Positions 48,124-56,890 of a stretch of 64,000 nt of DNA are shown here, piece after piece (positions within the stretch are counted from its first letter, which is position 1; every line of letters begins with the position of its first letter). Under the pieces are notes generated by a model. That model was not told where the DNA came from. It was given only the letters and a program-made list of their open reading frames with translations, and searched no databases. A program made the translations under genes and the position numbers. Origin of the DNA: a candidate division WWE3 bacterium RIFOXYB1_FULL_43_24 (GTDB taxonomy: Bacteria > Patescibacteriota > WWE3 > UBA101185 > UBA10185); the NCBI GenBank assembly GCA_001773135.1, contig MEVX01000006.1:26515-90514 (forward strand), in the 5' to 3' direction.

Positions 48124-49341
48124 CTACAGCTCTTTTGCCAACTCAAGGGCGGCATCCAGCTGAGGATCTTTTAAGTCCTTAATGTCCTGATCGGTGGCTT
48201 CGACGACCACGTCTGGCTCAATACCGACCTTGTGAACCCATACCTTGTCCGGAGTGAGCCATTTAGCGATTGTGATGTGCACACCCGAACCATCTTTGAA
48301 ATCCTTAGCGTCCTGAATAGTTCCTTTTCCGAATGATTTCGTACCGATTAGTTTTGCGTTAACCTGTGATTTTAAGGCTGCCGCCAAAATCTCCGATGCA
48401 GAAGCGCTGCCCCCATCTATTAACACATAAACCCTGGGAACATCCTTAAAACTTCCCGCCGCGTCGGAATTTAAAGGTGTCTGTTTACCTGTAGCGTCCT
48501 CTTCGTACAAAACAGGCTTTCCGCCGAAGAATTCGCTGGAAATATGAGATGCGGAGAGCAGGTATCCTCCCGGATTACCCCTGACATCAATTATTATGGC
48601 GTCTAACTCCCGCATACCCACCGCAATCTCGTTAACGGCAGCATCCCACTCATTGTTTGTCTCTCCGCCAAACCTGCTGATTCTGATATATGCCGTACCG
48701 TCACCCATATCTTTCCAACTTACGCTGGCGATTTTTATAACGTCTCTGCGAAGAGTAATTTCCCGCGGGGCGTCGTTCTCTGTTTGAATTATTAACGATA
48801 TGTCAGTTCCGGCGTCACCTCTAATTTTAGCTACGGCCTCAGTTATACTCATCCCCATCGTAGACTCATCTTCAATAAGCAATATTTTATCCCCCGGCAA
48901 CAAACCTGCTGCCTTAGCCGGAGACCCGTCCAACGGAGAAACTATAATGAGTACGTTATCTTTCTGCCCCAACTCCGCACCGATGCCCTGATATTTTCCA
49001 TCCAACTGCTCGTTAAGGTTCTCATTAATTTCGGGAGGTAAGAAAGAGGTATAGGGGTCTCCCAGAGAAGAAACCATCCCCTGTATAGCACCGTAAAGCA
49101 TTTTTTGGGCGTCCACGGGTCTCTCAAGATAATCTTTACTTACAATGCCCCATACTTCCCAGAAAAGAGAAAAATCTACTTCTTTATCACCTGGGTATTG
49201 GTTTTTAATTTCAACTTTCGGGGGATTCTTTCTGACTTCAAAAATGTAACCACTCTTGCCAAAATAGTAACCTCCGTAAAAAAAGCCTACGGCTATAAGA
49301 ATAGTAATTAAAAAGCGCTGAAATTTCTCGAAAGTACTCAT
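48124..49341 (-). CDS. ctpA: S41 carboxy-terminal processing protease (start 49341)
   Basis: DPYT, GIGA PDZ, DVRGNPGG, SASASE, FGKG. Confidence 0.93.
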   Translation of the reverse strand: MSTFEKFQRFLITILIAVGFFYGGYYFGKSGYIFEVRKNPPKVEIKNQYPGDKEVDFSLFWEVWGIVSKDYLERPVDAQKMLYGAIQGMVSSLGDPYTSFLPPEINENLNEQLDGKYQGIGAELGQKDNVLIIVSPLDGSPAKAAGLLPGDKILLIEDESTMGMSITEAVAKIRGDAGTDISLIIQTENDAPREITLRRDVIKIASVSWKDMGDGTAYIRISRFGGETNNEWDAAVNEIAVGMRELDAIIIDVRGNPGGYLLSASHISSEFFGGKPVLYEEDATGKQTPLNSDAAGSFKDVPRVYVLIDGGSASASEILAAALKSQVNAKLIGTKSFGKGTIQDAKDFKDGSGVHITIAKWLTPDKVWVHKVGIEPDVVVEATDQDIKDLKDPQLDAALELAKEL

Positions 49342-49351
49342 AGCTTTTTTG

Positions 49352-50353
49352 CTATTCGATGATGAAAAAATTCGGTAGGTCAATTTCTACGGGACCCAGC
49401 TCATTATCGAACCTTACAAATATACTAGATACTGAAACTCTGTCAATTGTCCCGATTTTCCCGAAGTGTGGTTTCTGCAACACCTGTACTTTTTGTCCCT
49501 TTGTCACTTTCTTAATAACCTTAAGTGGAGTTTTCTTCTTTTTTGAGGAGACAGTTTCTTCTTCTACCCCGGACATCGGAATGCGCAAAACACCCAGATC
49601 TCCGTGAAAAAACACATGCCTGTAGGCCACGGAATTGAACAATTTATAAACAAAGTCGGGAGTTTCAAGTTTTCCGAAACCCGACACTACGCCAAGACCG
49701 ATATTAGCCGATTTTGCGAAAGAAAACCCTACGGGATCGGCACTTCCCGCGACAATAGCTGATATCTTAAGGTCGCGGGCTTTCTTTATGGTATCCAAAT
49801 CGGCATAATGGCCGACATATACAATTTTACCCTCTGTGGACTTCACAAAACTTTCCAAATAAAACTTCTCCAGTATCTCCGTAGGATTCGGAAAAACTAC
49901 CAGTTCGCCGAATGAAAAATTAGGTGTACACGCTACAAGGTCAACCTCTGCGACAACTGTCTTGATCAAAACCGAGCTTTCGGGAATTACATCACTCACC
50001 TCTCCCCAGAGACCGGAAAGCAGAGTAAATTTTACAGGCATATCTTCGTAAAAATATTCTCCCGATACTTCATCGAAACTCATATAACCGTTCTCATCTG
50101 CTGTGACCTTTTTTGCTCCAATCTTTCCAATTAAACTACCTTTTTGGAAGTAAACTTTTTCGCGCAAAAATTTTACCGGTTCGAACTCTTTTGGGAAGTA
50201 AACGGTATTCGGAGAGTGCATACAATCCCCGAGTTTTTGAAAAGGCTCCAGTATGTCACCTTTTTGAACAAATAAATTACCCTTACTAGGTAAATACCTC
50301 TCTATCATAACCGTTTTATTTTGTATTATTTTTCTTAAAACCGGGGCTAACAT
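49352..50353 (-). CDS. Hypothetical protein with ERxLPxxG N-terminus and C-terminal KOW-like motif
   Basis: IERYLPSKGNLFVQKGD; GQKVQVLQKPHFGKIGTI. Confidence 0.7.
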   Translation of the reverse strand: MLAPVLRKIIQNKTVMIERYLPSKGNLFVQKGDILEPFQKLGDCMHSPNTVYFPKEFEPVKFLREKVYFQKGSLIGKIGAKKVTADENGYMSFDEVSGEYFYEDMPVKFTLLSGLWGEVSDVIPESSVLIKTVVAEVDLVACTPNFSFGELVVFPNPTEILEKFYLESFVKSTEGKIVYVGHYADLDTIKKARDLKISAIVAGSADPVGFSFAKSANIGLGVVSGFGKLETPDFVYKLFNSVAYRHVFFHGDLGVLRIPMSGVEEETVSSKKKKTPLKVIKKVTKGQKVQVLQKPHFGKIGTIDRVSVSSIFVRFDNELGPVEIDLPNFFIIE

Positions 50354-50355
50354 GG

Positions 50356-51357
50356 TTAAATACCCTTTACGGCCTCCTCTATTTCCCTCATAAAGGCGTT
50401 CATTATCTTTATGTCAGATATAAGCTGGTGACGTTCTTCACGTGTGTCAAAAAGAAGACCCAAAGTTCCCCCTACTACCCCACCTTCAAGGTTGCCTATA
50501 GATTTATTTTTTACACTGAGCTTAGTAATTATGGAATTATCCAGTGGAACCGCAAAAACGGAATTTTTTTCTATATCAAAAAACTGTCCGGTATCCAAAA
50601 CTGTTGAAAGCAGAACTTCAGTGTCCCCGGGAACTATGGCGAAAGTACCTACTTCTTCAATAACCTTGGATGTATCCACATTTATGTTGGGGTTATATTC
50701 CTTTATTAGCTGAGACAGGAGAGTTGCGTTGTTTTTGTCGATTTTTACGTAGTAATAACCGGGGTTGCTGAAAAGATCCAACGCCAGAGAGTATTTAAAC
50801 ACGGGCTCAAAATCCCGGCGGGCAAAACGGTCCCCTGTAAATAATACGGGCTTGTCTGATGTAAGGCTGGTTCCCGCTTTTTTAACCTTATCTATTATCA
50901 AACCGTCGAGGCTTACCTGGTCGTTGTAATCCCTCGTTATAAGCTGGGGATAAATAGAAATATTCGCGAAATGTTCATTTTTTGTTAAAAATTCGATGGG
51001 AACCTGGGAAAGCACCACATCTTTGGTGAGTACTGTAACCTCATCTACTAACACGGGAAAATTCTCCTCGTGTTTGGAAAGGAGGTCCCGTACATCCGCC
51101 ATCAATTTTATATCCAGGTCCGGTAAAGGAAAATTTACAAAACCGGTCATGAGCAGGTCGAAATCGGCAAGTTTTGCCTTGTTTTCCTTAGCAATGCCCT
51201 CCAATACCTGCGTGTAAAAACCGTTTTCGTCGCAAACACTTGAAAAAAGTTCACGGGAATAAGAATAGGGGAATCTTTGGAAATCGAATGACCCGTCCGG
51301 CTTTTCCAGAGCAACACTAACACCTGAATATCCAATATAGGCAGCTAAAACGGGCAT
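50356..51357 (-). CDS. Hypothetical protein, possibly distant glutamate mutase L (GlmL)-like
   Basis: C-terminal VVGGTLGLLFDTRE; operonic with 49352..50353; family assignment from recall. Confidence 0.55.
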   Translation of the reverse strand: MPVLAAYIGYSGVSVALEKPDGSFDFQRFPYSYSRELFSSVCDENGFYTQVLEGIAKENKAKLADFDLLMTGFVNFPLPDLDIKLMADVRDLLSKHEENFPVLVDEVTVLTKDVVLSQVPIEFLTKNEHFANISIYPQLITRDYNDQVSLDGLIIDKVKKAGTSLTSDKPVLFTGDRFARRDFEPVFKYSLALDLFSNPGYYYVKIDKNNATLLSQLIKEYNPNINVDTSKVIEEVGTFAIVPGDTEVLLSTVLDTGQFFDIEKNSVFAVPLDNSIITKLSVKNKSIGNLEGGVVGGTLGLLFDTREERHQLISDIKIMNAFMREIEEAVKGI

Positions 51358-51369
51358 GAATATATAGTA

Positions 51370-51627
51370 TCAGATGGCGTGTCTATCTGTATACTGGATA
51401 AGCCCCATATATCTGGCTTTTTTGACTTCCTGGGCAAGCTTTCTTTGGTGTCTGGATGTCAGTCCGGAATACTTTTGGGGGATAATCTTACCCCTGTCAC
51501 TGATAAATCTTCTCAAAACCAGCGCTTCTTTGTAATCAGGCGTGGTTCCTGTTTGCGTAAAGTAGCACTCGGTGTTTCTTTTCGGTTTTCTTATTGATTT
51601 TGTGTTCGTTTTTTTCTTTATTGGCAT
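51370..51627 (-). CDS. rpsR: 30S ribosomal protein S18
   Basis: DYK...FISDRGKIIP...HQRKLAQEVKKAR. Confidence 0.95.
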   Translation of the reverse strand: MPIKKKTNTKSIRKPKRNTECYFTQTGTTPDYKEALVLRRFISDRGKIIPQKYSGLTSRHQRKLAQEVKKARYMGLIQYTDRHAI

Positions 51628-51641
51628 ATCTTTGTAACCAA

Positions 51642-51660
51642 GCCCCTGCCGGGCAGGGGC
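51642..51660. terminator. GC-rich hairpin between ssb and rpsR
   Basis: GCCCCTGC-CGG-GCAGGGGC; no strong U tail. Confidence 0.45.
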
Positions 51661-51673
51661 CCGAATTTCTCAA

Positions 51674-52126
51674 TTAATTGGATGAATCAAGATCTCCCAA
51701 ATCTATATCGTCAAGGTTGATTTCTTCTCCCATGCTACTGCCTGTTACGAAATCTTCGTCTGAAGCTTCTTCCTCGCCCTCTACACCATCTTTCTTAGGT
51801 GAAAGTATGATCATGTCGTCAATTATAACTTCGGTCTTGTATCTCTTTTTGCCGTCGTCGCCGGTCCAGTCTCTGGTCTGAAGTCTGCCTTCAACATAAA
51901 CTTTGGTGCCCTTTTTAAGGAGCTGTCCGCAGATTTCGGCCAATTTATTCCAGGCTACGATGTTGTGAAAATCAACGGATTGTTTCTTTTCACCCTGCGT
52001 GACCCATTCTCTGTTGGTGGCCACTACAAAACTTGCTACAGCATTGCCCTGAGGAGTGTATCTCATCTCAGGATCTCTCGTGAGGTTACCTATGAGTATT
52101 ACCTTGTTCAGGTTTCTTGATGCCAT
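51674..52126 (-). CDS. ssb: Single-stranded DNA-binding protein
   Basis: NKVILIGNLTRDPE, VYVEGRLQTR, acidic tail. Confidence 0.96.
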   Translation of the reverse strand: MASRNLNKVILIGNLTRDPEMRYTPQGNAVASFVVATNREWVTQGEKKQSVDFHNIVAWNKLAEICGQLLKKGTKVYVEGRLQTRDWTGDDGKKRYKTEVIIDDMIILSPKKDGVEGEEEASDEDFVTGSSMGEEINLDDIDLGDLDSSN

Positions 52127-52139
52127 ATACCTCCAAATG

Positions 52140-52424
52140 TCAGCTCTGAGCTGTAATTAAATACCTAAAGACACCGTTCATTAACTTAAGTTTAGTTTCA
52201 AATTTTTTGAGTTTTGAGGGATCGATCTCGAAGTTTATTACCTCGTAAAAACCTTCTCTCTGCTTATTCATCTCGTATGCGAACTTTCTCTTTCCCCAAA
52301 AATTAGAGGCAGTTACTTTGCCCCCGTTAGAATCAATGTTTTCCTGAACTTTGGAAGAAAGCTCTTTAGCTCCCTCTTCACCAAGCTCCAGTTTATAAAT
52401 ATTCATTATTTCGTATTGCTTCAT
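52140..52424 (-). CDS. rpsF: 30S ribosomal protein S6
   Basis: MKQYE, WGKRKFAYEM, EGFY; rpsF-ssb-rpsR order. Confidence 0.94.
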   Translation of the reverse strand: MKQYEIMNIYKLELGEEGAKELSSKVQENIDSNGGKVTASNFWGKRKFAYEMNKQREGFYEVINFEIDPSKLKKFETKLKLMNGVFRYLITAQS

Positions 52425-52564
52425 ATGTTTAGATAATTTCCTTCGTCAACGAGTCTATTATATACATTATGGTTTGGGTGTCTACCAAAGACGTCTAATG
52501 TAACTAGAATCATTTGAGCTTATGAATAGTACAAAAAAAGTGCCTTTTGCGCAAGGGGGTCGGC

Positions 52565-53680
52565 TCAAACACTAAAATTAAACTCAACCACATCGCCATC
52601 CCGCATCGTATAATTCTTGCCCTCAAGCCTCACCAAACCCTTTTCTCTGGCTTTTTTAAGGCTCTCCAAAGGCTTTAGATCGTTGTAACTGACTATTTCG
52701 GCTGATATAAACCCCCTTTCAAAATCCGTGTGGATTTTACCCGCCGCCTGAGGTGCTTTGTCACCCTTCGTATAAGTCCAGGCTCTTACTTCCTTAGGTC
52801 CCATAGTGAGAAAGGACTCGAGGTTAAGTAGCTCATATCCTTTTCGGATCAGACGGTCGAGGCCGGGCTCGGTTATTCCTATTTCTTTCATATAGGATTG
52901 CCTCTCATTTTCGTCAAATTCCGCAAGTTCCGACTCAATTTTTGCACAAATTCTTAAACTGCCCTTACCTAATATTGTTATATTCTGGGTATCCTGAGTG
53001 CTCAATTTTGTCTCATCCGTGTTTAGTACAATTATCATTGGTTTAAGAGTTAATAAATTTAGGTCTTTTATCATAATTTCGTCTTCTTTTTCAAGGTTTA
53101 ACGAGATTGCTAGCTCTCCCCTATTGAGAGTCTCATGTACTTTTGTAATAACCTGTAGCCTACGCTGGGAGTCAGGATCTTTTGCCAGTTTTAATTCTTT
53201 TTCTAGGATGGGAATCTTCTTGTCCAAAGATTGGAGATCGGCAAGAATCAGTTCTGTGTTTATAGTTCCAACGTCTTCTTCGGGACTGGTCGCCCCCGCT
53301 CTTATTACATTTTCATCGGTAAAGTCCCGGACAACCTGCACTATGGCGTCTACACCGCGTATATGACCGAGGAACTCGTTGCCGAGACCCTCACCCTGTG
53401 AGGCACCTTTGACCAAACCGGCAATGTCGTAGAACTGTACAACAGCAGGGATTATTTTTTCAGGGATTTGCCTGTCGCCGGCTTTGTTGCCGTAATCATT
53501 TCTAACGAACTGGGCAAGGATGTTCAGACGCGGGTCAGGGACATCCACTATACCTGTGTTAGGCTCGATGGTGGCAAAGGGATAGTTTGCCGCGAGTGCG
53601 GCCTGACGCTTAAGAAGGGCGTTAAATAATGTGGATTTGCCAACGTTAGGTAAACCGACAATTCCGACGGATAGTGACAT
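52565..53680 (-). CDS. ychF: Ribosome-binding ATPase YchF
   Basis: GIVGLPNVGKSTLFN, DIAGLVKGA, IHTDFERGFI, DGDVVEF. Confidence 0.96.
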   Translation of the reverse strand: MSLSVGIVGLPNVGKSTLFNALLKRQAALAANYPFATIEPNTGIVDVPDPRLNILAQFVRNDYGNKAGDRQIPEKIIPAVVQFYDIAGLVKGASQGEGLGNEFLGHIRGVDAIVQVVRDFTDENVIRAGATSPEEDVGTINTELILADLQSLDKKIPILEKELKLAKDPDSQRRLQVITKVHETLNRGELAISLNLEKEDEIMIKDLNLLTLKPMIIVLNTDETKLSTQDTQNITILGKGSLRICAKIESELAEFDENERQSYMKEIGITEPGLDRLIRKGYELLNLESFLTMGPKEVRAWTYTKGDKAPQAAGKIHTDFERGFISAEIVSYNDLKPLESLKKAREKGLVRLEGKNYTMRDGDVVEFNFSV

Positions 53681-53728
53681 ATGGGGTGATTATATAGGGC
53701 TTATGTGAATTTGGAAACAAATCCGGGC

Positions 53729-53781
53729 AAAAAAATCCCCCGCTAAAAACCTAAAAATAAGTTTATTGCGGGGGGGGGGGG
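53729..53781 (-). terminator. Terminator-like hairpin containing a G12 tract, downstream of 53809..54090
   Basis: CCCCCGC...GCGGGGG stem with T7 tail on the minus strand; G run at 53770-53781. Confidence 0.55.
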
Positions 53782-53808
53782 TAAAGGACCTGCTTGAGAA
53801 GTTTTATT

Positions 53809-54090
53809 TTACGTAAGTCTTTTCAAAACAGGACCAAAATCCATAGGGGCTAGCTTTTCATCCTCTTTCTTGAGCTTTTCGATTCTGCTCCAAAAAATCT
53901 CTTTGGAAATTGGAACCAGCTCGGGAAGACAAACTCCAGTGATACCAAAGACAGCACCATTCGCCTCTTCTAAAGTATTGAAAACCTTGATCAGGGGCGG
54001 TTCGTACCTGGTTACTGCTACAATCACCACCTTGCCGACAAACTCAGAAATCTGTACAAGGTAGGCCACCAGATAGCTTTTTTGTGGCAT
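53809..54090 (-). CDS. Small hypothetical protein
   Basis: 93-aa ORF with SD AAGGAGAGG and downstream terminator. Confidence 0.65.
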   Translation of the reverse strand: MPQKSYLVAYLVQISEFVGKVVIVAVTRYEPPLIKVFNTLEEANGAVFGITGVCLPELVPISKEIFWSRIEKLKKEDEKLAPMDFGPVLKRLT

Positions 54091-54121
54091 TTTCCTCTCC
54101 TTTACCCTATAGTGATGTGGA

Positions 54122-54829
54122 TTATAACCTACTTACGGTTCTTTGTAAACGTTCCTCTTTATAATCGGAAACCATGCCCTTTATGGCTTCGATGACCTTG
54201 TTCTGGTCTTCTATCGCCCCTAAAGACGCGTTGCTCAACGTATTGTAGTTTATATTTAGAACACGTGGACCACCGTTTTTTTCTTTCGCCCATTTTTTGG
54301 CCAGTATTTCCGGGTTGGTAGATACTGTCAGGTCCACAAGAAGCCATTCTTTGTCCCCCCAGGAAAGTGCAAAATCCCCGGTACCTTTGAAATCTTCAAG
54401 AGCTGAGATTCTAGCGACATAAACTTTTCCGGGCATTCTGACTATATTTTCATGCCCTTCCCAGTCAACCACGGATACAACAGGCACTTTTGACAAATAT
54501 TCGAGTAGTCTTTTCTCACCTTCGTGCCCAAACTCAACCCGCCACTCGTTCAATTGCTGCTCTGTCGGGCCTTTTTTTTCCCTTATTTGTGCCCTCACCC
54601 TCTTTTCTTCTTGTTCCTTTTCTGTAAGTTTACTTGAACGCTCTTTTGCTTCGAACCGGGATTTTTTGCGGCGGCCTTCCTGCTCCTCAATCATGCTTTG
54701 GATCATTTCCCGGGGATCGGGTTTCGAAGGAGCTGAAGCGGGGGCTATTGAAGATATTTTTTCTTCTACCGGTTTTTCTGTATCCGCGACGGCTGCTTGC
54801 TCAGTATAACTTTCCAAGCCAATTTCCAT
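54122..54829 (-). CDS. Hypothetical protein with PD-(D/E)XK-like C-terminal domain (start 54829 or 54853)
   Basis: Charged N-terminus; GHEGE...EDFKGTGD...LLVDLT...KK pattern. Confidence 0.55.
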   Translation of the reverse strand: MEIGLESYTEQAAVADTEKPVEEKISSIAPASAPSKPDPREMIQSMIEEQEGRRKKSRFEAKERSSKLTEKEQEEKRVRAQIREKKGPTEQQLNEWRVEFGHEGEKRLLEYLSKVPVVSVVDWEGHENIVRMPGKVYVARISALEDFKGTGDFALSWGDKEWLLVDLTVSTNPEILAKKWAKEKNGGPRVLNINYNTLSNASLGAIEDQNKVIEAIKGMVSDYKEERLQRTVSRL

Positions 54830-54929
54830 ATATATACAGTAAACAACCCTCACACGTTTTACAAGCCCGTACCAAAATTTAAGGATAAATCATTGCACCA
54901 TAAACCGCCCTAAACTATCATATACGTAG

Positions 54930-56861
54930 ATGAATTTTAGAAAGACTGCCCTAGCCGTAATACTATTACCTTTGCTCTTTATCTCAGTGTCACAACAATC
55001 CGTTTATGCTAGCAAAACACCGCCTTACACGACCCTAACTAAGACACCCGCACTTCCAAATGGGCTAAATGACTGGTATATAACTCCCGTCAACATCATC
55101 CTCGCGGCAACCGACCTTGACAGCGGTGTGGGCTCGATAAATTACAAGATAGATTCCGGAAATTGGGTCACAGTAACAAAATCCGACACCCTTAATCTTG
55201 CACCGAACCCTTCTTTTGAGGTTGCCGGCTCAGGCTCATCCATAAACACGCTGTATTGGGAAGCCGGGTTGCAGGACGGTCAAACCGTGTATAGCAGAAA
55301 TACTCTAAATTATGTGTTTGATGCAACATCAATAAAAATCAACTCCTCGGGCACTGGTTGGCACTCAATTAATCACGCTGTCAGTTACTCGGCGGCCAAT
55401 CCTCTCAGCAACATGAACGCCGAAGTCTGGCTGAAAACAGAATCCGCACTGGGCAGCGCTTATTTTAAAATGTTTGCAGTGTCTAAAGATATAAACGACA
55501 ACTTTGTTTACACAGAACTGGGGCAAAGTACCGCTATAAACGGCACTACTACCTGGACAAAGGTAACCGAAGCCTTTGTTGTCAGTGTGCCGGATGCGAT
55601 AGGTGTGTACATGGAAGTCGGACTTGAGGGAGCCGGAATTTTGTATATAGACGGAGCTACGATAAATAATGCCCTAAAATCGGCCGACACATCCTTCACA
55701 GTATCAACGGACGGTAACCATATTATTTCTTATTACTCAGTCGACCGCTCGGGAAATATAGAACCGACACGAACTGAATCATTCAAAATAGACCAGTCTC
55801 CACCAACCAATTGGCGTAACTCCAATGCATACAGAGGTCTTATCGGGCCGAGCGACCACCACCTTTATGTAACAACTATGGTTGACGATTTAACATCGGG
55901 CCTATCTACCCTGACCGACAAATTCCAATATCACACAGACAGAAATCCGGAGTTTGGTACTTATTCTGACTTGATGCAATGCTCAAGTGGTTGGGAAGCA
56001 AATACTTGGGCTCCTCTCATATCACCGCCCTTTGTTCCCGGAACTACAACTGTCACACTATTAACTCCTAAAACGGATTTTTGCGACAGTAACTGGAAAA
56101 TCTGCAAAACCGTAAGGTTTTACGCCGAAGACTTAGCCGGGAATTCATCCATCAAAGACCTTTGTATTAACGGCCCGTGGATCAAACTACGTGGCGGTGG
56201 GCTGGCAGGAAGTAGGCTGGGAATAAACATGCTGTCAGAATCAAGCGACAATAATACCGACAGCGTGATCGAAGCCGGAAACAATAATGTAAGTTTTTTT
56301 ACAAGTACAGAAGGTTGGGTCGTAAAAAATAACATAAGTGTAAAAGATTCTAACTACCTTGAGATTATGAGCTCAGCTAGAACTCCTGTCGAAATATTTA
56401 GTACACTCCCGATCACAGACGGGGTTTACATTAAAAACGGTGATTTTACAATCAGCACTACCAGTCTTCCCAAAGATTACGGCACTTCTACATTTAAACA
56501 GATTGTTTTCGTGAACGGCAATCTAAGATTCGATAAAGAAATCGTACTGGCACCATCCTCTGCCGTTTTATTCGTAGTCTCCGGAAATGTAGAAATCAGG
56601 AAAACCGTCAGCGAAATAAACTGCGCTATCCACGCAGACGGTACTTTTTATACCGCATACGACACCACCGAGGGTGATCAAACGGGAACATTACGGTTAA
56701 GGGGTGTTTTCGTAGCGGATAAGTTTATTTTTCAGAGAACTTTGCAGGGAACGGATAATGTTGAGGACCCGTCCGAAGACTTTACTTACGAACCGAAGTA
56801 CGGAAACCTACTAAGAGAATATGTGGGAATAAATGCTGTCAGGTGGCTGTCGACTGAATAA
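54930..56861 (+). CDS. Secreted multidomain protein: Ig-like, CBM4/9-like and shared C-terminal domain
   Basis: Signal peptide; ATDLDSGV...YYSVDRSGNIE Ig-like; NLAPNPSFE...LYIDG CBM-like; C-terminal FQRTL...PSEDFTYEP. Confidence 0.75.
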   Translation: MNFRKTALAVILLPLLFISVSQQSVYASKTPPYTTLTKTPALPNGLNDWYITPVNIILAATDLDSGVGSINYKIDSGNWVTVTKSDTLNLAPNPSFEVAGSGSSINTLYWEAGLQDGQTVYSRNTLNYVFDATSIKINSSGTGWHSINHAVSYSAANPLSNMNAEVWLKTESALGSAYFKMFAVSKDINDNFVYTELGQSTAINGTTTWTKVTEAFVVSVPDAIGVYMEVGLEGAGILYIDGATINNALKSADTSFTVSTDGNHIISYYSVDRSGNIEPTRTESFKIDQSPPTNWRNSNAYRGLIGPSDHHLYVTTMVDDLTSGLSTLTDKFQYHTDRNPEFGTYSDLMQCSSGWEANTWAPLISPPFVPGTTTVTLLTPKTDFCDSNWKICKTVRFYAEDLAGNSSIKDLCINGPWIKLRGGGLAGSRLGINMLSESSDNNTDSVIEAGNNNVSFFTSTEGWVVKNNISVKDSNYLEIMSSARTPVEIFSTLPITDGVYIKNGDFTISTTSLPKDYGTSTFKQIVFVNGNLRFDKEIVLAPSSAVLFVVSGNVEIRKTVSEINCAIHADGTFYTAYDTTEGDQTGTLRLRGVFVADKFIFQRTLQGTDNVEDPSEDFTYEPKYGNLLREYVGINAVRWLSTE

Positions 56862-56890
56862 AAAAGGCGGTACAAATACTCACTTTTCTG

